Part shown: one piece after another, positions 58,281 through 64,000 of the stretch
Numbering within the stretch: the stretch's first letter is position 1
How the letters are laid out: the number at the start of each line of letters is the position of its first letter
From: a virus
Virus record (IMG/VR): IMGVR_UViG_3300027969_000060
Location: 1 to 64,000 of that record
Length of the DNA stretch: 64,000 nt
Direction: 5' to 3' (one strand)
The notes under the pieces: generated by a model
What the model was told of the DNA's origin: nothing
Seen by the model: only the letters and a program-made list of their open reading frames with translations
Databases searched by the model: none
Program-made: the position numbers and the translations under genes

Positions 58281-61200
58281 TTAGCCTAGGACAAGGCCCC
58301 ATAAGTCCATAATATCAAGGACTTCGGAGAGAGGTGCGGCCCCTAAAGTACCAACGGCTGGGATCCAATTAGTACCGTCAAAAACTTCCATATAGTTTAT
58401 TTGGCTGTTATATCTAACTTCGCCAAGAGCTGGAGTTAGTCTGCGTTGACTAGTATCACCATATGGAAATACTACTCCGGCGGTTCCTGTAAACTTTACA
58501 TACCCTGTGCCTGTACTTTGAAGTGTTACTGCTCCTGCGGCAGTATTTGTAATACTGTCGTCTTTAAATAATAACCCGTTAACATTTATAGAGCCTGTAC
58601 CTGTAGGTTGAAATACTGTATCAGAATTTGTAACAGGGTTGTTAATAGTATTTCCAGATAGTATAAAATTACCAACTTGCAGTACAGCATCTGACATCAT
58701 AGTTGATGTAATAGTTGCTTTAAGAGCGTTATTAACAACAAATCTTAATGTGTTATCATTAGTGCCGATGGTTAATTCTGGAGTAATATATGTATTTTTA
58801 TCAGTGCTGTAGACGTTTACAAAACTTTCAGTTCCGGTAGACAAATAACCTTCGTATGCTTGAGTTGTGCTATTTTGTCTAATTTCGCCAGGTGCAGAAA
58901 GTACCTTTGTTGAGTCATTACTATAGGGTATTTTTAAATATTTTGTTGAGTTAACTACTACATTGCCTGTTCCATTAGGAGTAAAATATATACTTTTTTG
59001 ACTGTTTGTAGTTGCACCAGTCCAGTTATTTGTAATAACATTATCTTTAATCTTTAACTTTTGGTCAACAATAATGCTACCGTTGTTATTAGCTACAACT
59101 TCTAAATCAGTTGCAGGCGCTATTGTAGTAATAATATTATTTTGTATTTTAATGCTAGGAACTTGGAAATATGATCCTGCTCCTAAAATATTAATATCAG
59201 CATTACCAAACAATCCAGTAATATAAGTATCGCCAGTTTGTCCAATATCGCCAGTAAGTGTTAGTGTTTTTGGAGATAATATTGTTCCAATTTCTACATA
59301 TTGTAGACTGGTTGTACCGTTAACAGTTGCCGTTGTTCCGCCTACTGTTAAACTTTGATCTGCTTGTACATCTGTAGATGTTACTTTAACTGTACCTGTG
59401 CCCGCGGCAACAAATCTTAAATCTGTTCCGCTAGTTAACGTAGAAATTGTATTGTTAGTTACTTGTGTAACACCGTCAATGTCTAGTGTAGTTAAAAAAG
59501 CAGTGCGCCATATTCTAGGATCAATAAGATCGTTATTGCCTAATGAGTATGTTCTATCAAGTTTAGGATTGATATTTTGTGTTAGTTTTGGAAATACAGT
59601 AACTAAATCGTATTTTGTATCACCTAAGTATACATTGCCGTCAACATACGTATTGCCGGTTACTCCAATGTTTCCAGTTACAAATACGTTTGTGTTAAGA
59701 TTAGTTGTACCGTTAGCGGCAAAAAAGTTTACTGGGCCTATTAACGACTGAATTTCATTATCGTGAATCCTGATATTTCCAGTTTGTATCTTTGTTGCAT
59801 CAATAATAGTTTGGCCGTTAGGGCTATCAAACGTAATATTTCCGCCAGCTGTAAAACTAATTGACTGTGCATTAAATGTTACATTACCAGTTTGTTGGTC
59901 AACATAAAATACATCACCGACTCGAAAATTACCCTTATGGTCCATGCTGTCATAGTACAGCTGGCCGCCATTAATTGCTATGATTTCATTGGCTTGTAAG
60001 GTTAACTGATCGTCATTTTGACTGTCAGTGCCCGACCCAATATAACCAAAGTTATGTCCAATTAAGTATCCTAACGTGTCTGCGCCATCAGCTCTTGCGC
60101 CATATGTACCATATACGTTAGCTGATCCAATACTGCGCATCTCTGCGCCAAATTTTAATCCTAAACTAGCAAAACCCAGTGTACCTTGTGTTAAATTTAT
60201 ACCTATGTTGGCAAAGTATGTAAACGAGTTTAACCACTCGACCCGGGCACCGTTTGTTGCTGTTATGCCGTCGGCACCTGGAACAATAAAGGTCACGGCA
60301 CTGAATAACATAGTTGCGGTGTTTGATGATGGGTCTGCTACACTGCCGTCTACTAATGCGCCTCTTCCTGCGTTAGGCGCCGTGTTAATAACTGTTATGT
60401 TTAGAACATAGGGACTACGAGTAGTAGTTGTAAATCCTTGTGCTAATCTAAATCCGTAACCGGTATCATTAACGCTATCGTACTTAACTCCACTAACTGC
60501 TAGATTGCTAACAGTTGTTTCTCCATTAAGCAAAAATGCATCTTTATCACTAGTTCCAACGGTTGGACTAATGGTAACTGCTCTAATGCCAGCACCACTT
60601 ACACTAACACCTTGTGGTATAGTTAGCGGAAATTCTTCAACATACGTACCTGGAAATATTACAATGTTATCTCCGGCAACGGCTTGACTTAGAGCATATT
60701 TTATTGTTCTATAAGTTGCGTGTAAATGGTCTCCGTAATAAAGATCGTCACCATTAATGCTAACATAGATAGTATTACCTTGTGTCAACAACATATCAAT
60801 GTTGTTAACGGTCAACGTGTCTAAGGTTGTAGTATCAACTTCAATTGTATCAACGTATAACTTTTTCCACTGCTGACTAAGTTTACCTAAATCCCAAAAG
60901 TTATCATCGTTGGGTATAAAATCACTGTTAATGTCGGCTTCAAATACTACATTGTCAGTGTTACTATCACCAATTGTAATAGTACCGTCCCAGGTAATGT
61001 TACCTGTTGCGTGTAAGTTACCATTGACATTTACCCTGTCGGTATTAAAAACTACTCGGCCAGTGCCATCGGCAGTTAATTCGATATGTGTATCAACACT
61101 ACGAGTAGTAATTGCACGATCAAACAGGGTTAACTGACTAGTACGTACTTCGTTAGCAGTTATTGTTGGGTTGCTGAGTTGGTCAGGTACAATGTAAATC

Positions 61201-61484
61201 CTGCCAAGATCGTTTTGAATTTTGTAAGATACAAATCTTACATTGTCAAATTCGGCTTGAGTATCAACAAATAGTTCAGCATCACCGTTAATGTACGGAT
61301 TTGTACTGGTACGAGTAGTACCTACTACCTCTAATCGTTGAGAAGGACCTGCGGTGTTAACGCCAATACGGCCGTTACTAACATCAAGATAGAGTAGATC
61401 AGTTTCAAATGCAAGATCTGCGCCTTGGCGAAGTAAGTTCTTCGCCAACAGCGGGCCGCTAATTCTACCTAATTCTGCTCCCAT
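58281..61484 (-). CDS. Virion fibre protein (1067 aa), paralogue of the 1650-aa protein without LamG domains
   Basis: Shared GRIxGPLLxxNLLRxGxxLAFET N-terminus, beta-helix, EWLNSFTYFA and C-terminal architecture. Confidence 0.78.
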   Translation of the reverse strand: MGAELGRISGPLLAKNLLRQGADLAFETDLLYLDVSNGRIGVNTAGPSQRLEVVGTTRTSTNPYINGDAELFVDTQAEFDNVRFVSYKIQNDLGRIYIVPDQLSNPTITANEVRTSQLTLFDRAITTRSVDTHIELTADGTGRVVFNTDRVNVNGNLHATGNITWDGTITIGDSNTDNVVFEADINSDFIPNDDNFWDLGKLSQQWKKLYVDTIEVDTTTLDTLTVNNIDMLLTQGNTIYVSINGDDLYYGDHLHATYRTIKYALSQAVAGDNIVIFPGTYVEEFPLTIPQGVSVSGAGIRAVTISPTVGTSDKDAFLLNGETTVSNLAVSGVKYDSVNDTGYGFRLAQGFTTTTRSPYVLNITVINTAPNAGRGALVDGSVADPSSNTATMLFSAVTFIVPGADGITATNGARVEWLNSFTYFANIGINLTQGTLGFASLGLKFGAEMRSIGSANVYGTYGARADGADTLGYLIGHNFGYIGSGTDSQNDDQLTLQANEIIAINGGQLYYDSMDHKGNFRVGDVFYVDQQTGNVTFNAQSISFTAGGNITFDSPNGQTIIDATKIQTGNIRIHDNEIQSLIGPVNFFAANGTTNLNTNVFVTGNIGVTGNTYVDGNVYLGDTKYDLVTVFPKLTQNINPKLDRTYSLGNNDLIDPRIWRTAFLTTLDIDGVTQVTNNTISTLTSGTDLRFVAAGTGTVKVTSTDVQADQSLTVGGTTATVNGTTSLQYVEIGTILSPKTLTLTGDIGQTGDTYITGLFGNADINILGAGSYFQVPSIKIQNNIITTIAPATDLEVVANNNGSIIVDQKLKIKDNVITNNWTGATTNSQKSIYFTPNGTGNVVVNSTKYLKIPYSNDSTKVLSAPGEIRQNSTTQAYEGYLSTGTESFVNVYSTDKNTYITPELTIGTNDNTLRFVVNNALKATITSTMMSDAVLQVGNFILSGNTINNPVTNSDTVFQPTGTGSINVNGLLFKDDSITNTAAGAVTLQSTGTGYVKFTGTAGVVFPYGDTSQRRLTPALGEVRYNSQINYMEVFDGTNWIPAVGTLGAAPLSEVLDIMDLWGLVLG

Positions 61485-61517
61485 AATTTACCCCTATAGT
61501 GTATTTATGGGGAAATA

Positions 61518-62276
61518 TTATTTGTCAAAGCCTATCAATACAGTTATAGGTTTACCAATCATACTTAGATATTCTGGGTCTGATGTGAAATTTAAATAAT
61601 AACCAGTTGGCGCTGTAAATGTTATAGCATGTCCAGTAAGAATATTTCCACCAGTCACAGGATTGTTTAGTGTAACAGTAGTTCCGTTAGTTACAGTTGC
61701 AGTTGTATTTGGAAGCAAATACGGAGATCCAGTTACAGTTGACCCGTTAGGAATAGCCGCTGTACTTGTAAATGTTAAAGTGGTTGCGCCAGCATTTGAA
61801 TCTGCGGTAGTAACTAGCCCTGCTGTTGGATTTTGATCTACAACATAGTTAGTGTTATAAATTTGAAATACGTTTTCAATAAACACTAAAATATTTTGGC
61901 CGCCAAACTGTCCAGCACCCTGCCCACCTGTAGGCGGCACATTGCTTGATATGTTTGTTGGATCGTACATTGAATTTAACGGTCCATAAAAGTAACTATA
62001 TCCATCTAACTGCCCTAGACTCTGCTGGATAATTTTGCTTGCTTCTTTAAATTTTATTGCTCGCCAAGTTGCCGAGCTTCCTTGATAAACTTCAACTTCG
62101 TCTGTGCCGGTATTGTATCTTATATTTCCAGAAATAGGTGAAGTAATAGTGCCAGTGCTTTTTGGCAATGTCATTACTGTGCTGTCTGCTAGTGTAAAAT
62201 TGTTACTAGTGTCTAGCGCCACACGACTATCGTAAATTGCTCTACGGTTAAGTGTTAACGTTTTTAAAAATCTCAT
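61518..62276 (-). CDS. Putative structural protein (252 aa)
   Basis: GNIRYNTGTDEVEVYQG repeat shared with the fibre proteins; NILVFIENVFQ beta-module. Confidence 0.6.
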   Translation of the reverse strand: MRFLKTLTLNRRAIYDSRVALDTSNNFTLADSTVMTLPKSTGTITSPISGNIRYNTGTDEVEVYQGSSATWRAIKFKEASKIIQQSLGQLDGYSYFYGPLNSMYDPTNISSNVPPTGGQGAGQFGGQNILVFIENVFQIYNTNYVVDQNPTAGLVTTADSNAGATTLTFTSTAAIPNGSTVTGSPYLLPNTTATVTNGTTVTLNNPVTGGNILTGHAITFTAPTGYYLNFTSDPEYLSMIGKPITVLIGFDK

Positions 62277-62280
62277 TGTT

Positions 62281-62601
62281 TTATACCGCCAATGTACTTA
62301 CTGTTGCTGTTAACCCACTTGCTGAACAAATGGCTCTAACCTCATCTCCGGTTGCCAATACTAATTTTTCTTGGTCAAAACTAACAGTATCGCCCGCTGG
62401 AACTATCAGCGCATTAACAATCATATTTGATGAACTTGCAGTTGTTCCTGGACTTGGGACAGCGTATAATGTTAAAGTTCTATCAGCTACACCTGTATTA
62501 CAAACAATGATAGTAGTAACAGCTCGAGCGCCGGTACCTGAATCTAATTTGTCTGAGCTGCCTGCTGATGTTGCTGTAATTACTTTGTTATAAATTGCCA
62601 T
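62281..62601 (-). CDS. ~106-aa small structural protein, family copy C
   Basis: AVTTIIVCN...EKLVLATGD; similar to copies A and B. Confidence 0.65.
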   Translation of the reverse strand: MAIYNKVITATSAGSSDKLDSGTGARAVTTIIVCNTGVADRTLTLYAVPSPGTTASSSNMIVNALIVPAGDTVSFDQEKLVLATGDEVRAICSASGLTATVSTLAV

Positions 62602-62610
62602 GTTCTTTCC

Positions 62611-63636
62611 TTAAAATAGTATACTAAACAATAGTGCTCTATTCTTAGCTACTAGTTCGTCTGAGTTTCCGTAATTGGTAAAATATATACCTGTTTTACC
62701 TGGTGCTGGTGTTGTATCTGAATCTTTTGTATAAATTTTTGTTGAACCATATATTGCAGTCGGGCTTAACCCTTTATCGTCTAGTTGTAATACTGCATCA
62801 ACTTCGAGAGTATCGGTAAGCGCACTTAGAATTAAATTATTTCCTATACTAACATTAGTGATAGTATCTTCAAATATGTTTATATTACTGACAGTTACAC
62901 CAGTAGCTGTTACAGAGGCTATTAAAGTGTGTGCAATTTCAAAATCAATGTGATTTCCGTATGCCCTAATTGATGATGTGGCCGCTGTAATACTACCACT
63001 AATAGGATAATAAAGTCGGTCAACGGTAGCAATACCGCCAGATGCCGCCACATAATCGTTAACATATTGTTTATTAGGTATATCGTTTGGATCAATTATA
63101 CGATCTTCGTAATTGCTTAGACCAACTGTAGAGTTAACAATTCTTAACTTAGTAAGACTGTTACCCATATCAAATACCATATCGTAAGAATCTGGGGGGC
63201 TAATACTAGCTAGTCGGAGGCCGCTTAGGGCAGTATCAGTTGTTTGTAGTACAAAAGTTCCGTCTACCTGATCATTTAAAATTGGATCATAGTGGCTAAT
63301 ATTTTCGTCAAATAATAATTCAGCATCATATATTGTGCCAGAAGAGTGTGTGCGCTGTCCTCGATCAATCCTAATACCAGAGGTGCTACCGTTTAAGGTA
63401 ACACCTACGTTTGGTTCGCCATTATTAAGGATAATGATGTTGTCAGCAATACTAGCGTTAGTTGATTCAATAGTAGTAGTAGTTCCTAAAACGTCAAGAT
63501 TACCGGTGATAACTACAGTACCACGAGGATTATACGGATCATCTAAATCAGCCGTACCAACATCTAGCCAGATTTTCCCCCCGGACTTTACCTGTAATCT
63601 ATAATTACTATCACTAACTTTTAGTATTCTTGACAT
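62611..63636 (-). CDS. Putative structural/fibre-base protein (341 aa)
   Basis: VVITGNLDVLGTTTTIES...DNIIILN...GIRIDRG phage-fibre motif; hydrophobic end RALLFSILF. Confidence 0.62.
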   Translation of the reverse strand: MSRILKVSDSNYRLQVKSGGKIWLDVGTADLDDPYNPRGTVVITGNLDVLGTTTTIESTNASIADNIIILNNGEPNVGVTLNGSTSGIRIDRGQRTHSSGTIYDAELLFDENISHYDPILNDQVDGTFVLQTTDTALSGLRLASISPPDSYDMVFDMGNSLTKLRIVNSTVGLSNYEDRIIDPNDIPNKQYVNDYVAASGGIATVDRLYYPISGSITAATSSIRAYGNHIDFEIAHTLIASVTATGVTVSNINIFEDTITNVSIGNNLILSALTDTLEVDAVLQLDDKGLSPTAIYGSTKIYTKDSDTTPAPGKTGIYFTNYGNSDELVAKNRALLFSILF

Positions 63637-63651
63637 TTATTATCCTTAAGT

Positions 63652-63669
63652 TGGGGACCTAAGTCCCCA
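63652..63669. other. Intergenic GC-rich hairpin without a U-tract
   Basis: TGGGGAC-CTAA-GTCCCCA between two co-directional genes. Confidence 0.55.
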
Positions 63670-63676
63670 TGCCTAA

Positions 63677-64000
63677 TTAAGCGTTTTCAATCTGTACACG
63701 GTTACCAGATGCGGCTGCAAATGACCACTGAGCTGTTGTGCCATTGGCCACCAACCAGGTTGATTCATTATTTGTCCACTGTGTTAACAATGCTTTGTGC
63801 GCTGTTAGTTTAGTTACAAAATATGTGTTGCCATTGGCGTCAGTTGCTTTGATATAAGCTTCAAACGTTGCTGGAGTATCGTCGGCTACTAATTTACAAA
63901 CTGCTGTACCGTCAGTTGTTTTAACTTTGTAACGACGACCTGAAGTTTGTTTAATAATATCACCAACACGAACTGTAGCTTCAGCATCAATTTTAGCACG
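63677..64000 (-). CDS. 3' part of a probable virion protein (partial)
   Basis: Frame is open from the window edge: RAKIDAEATVRVGDIIKQTSGRRYKVKT...YFVTKLTAHKA...RVQIENA*. Confidence 0.75.
   Translation of the reverse strand, partial: RAKIDAEATVRVGDIIKQTSGRRYKVKTTDGTAVCKLVADDTPATFEAYIKATDANGNTYFVTKLTAHKALLTQWTNNESTWLVANGTTAQWSFAAASGNRVQIENA

Noticed and set aside
382-63604. Numerous short opposite-strand or alternate-frame ORFs in the ORF track (e.g. 453..647, 3552..3980, 4176..4712, 25108..25563, 36312..36791, 53021..53578)
   Set aside because: They lie within or across well-supported genes and have no RBS or family motifs. Antisense frames of Thr/Ala/Gly/Val-rich genes are often stop-poor.
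1-64000. Stop-codon reassignment
   Set aside because: Conserved genes are full length under code 11 and coding density is near complete.

Overview
This AT-rich window is almost entirely coding and looks like the virion-morphogenesis region of a large T4-like (gp13-gp19 type) myophage, mostly on the - strand. The standard genetic code fits. I found no tRNA, rRNA, CRISPR array, IS element or integrase. The left part holds putative internal head proteins with T4-like capsid-targeting N-termini, the large terminase, a candidate small terminase, head completion gp4, a tube-like baseplate protein, tail tube, an enlarged tail sheath, an HNH-like protein, dNMP kinase, gp13/gp14/gp15, two 2OG-Fe(II) oxygenases and a Nudix hydrolase. 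From 19.8 to 64 kb lies a block of giant fibre-like proteins (2619, 2894, 1973, 1650 and 1067 aa), three Cys/Gly-rich adhesin-like paralogues with two tail-assembly chaperones, and an oppositely oriented operon encoding a GT9-like glycosyltransferase, an SGNH-like protein and a carbamoyltransferase. The main finding is that the 2619-aa and 2894-aa proteins together carry eight copies of a helical module. Its motif C-x-R-D-h-G-Y-x6-Y-x4-G-G aligns without gaps to the bilin-attachment helix of phycobiliproteins, and one copy reads KCARDIGY as in alpha-phycocyanin. This suggests phycobiliprotein-like, possibly chromophore-binding, domains in phage structural proteins. Other points of note are a structured ~135-nt RNA leader, seven apparently leaderless late genes, and an RBS-sequestering hairpin over an early-type promoter. 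All family calls come from motif recognition by eye; no searches were run.
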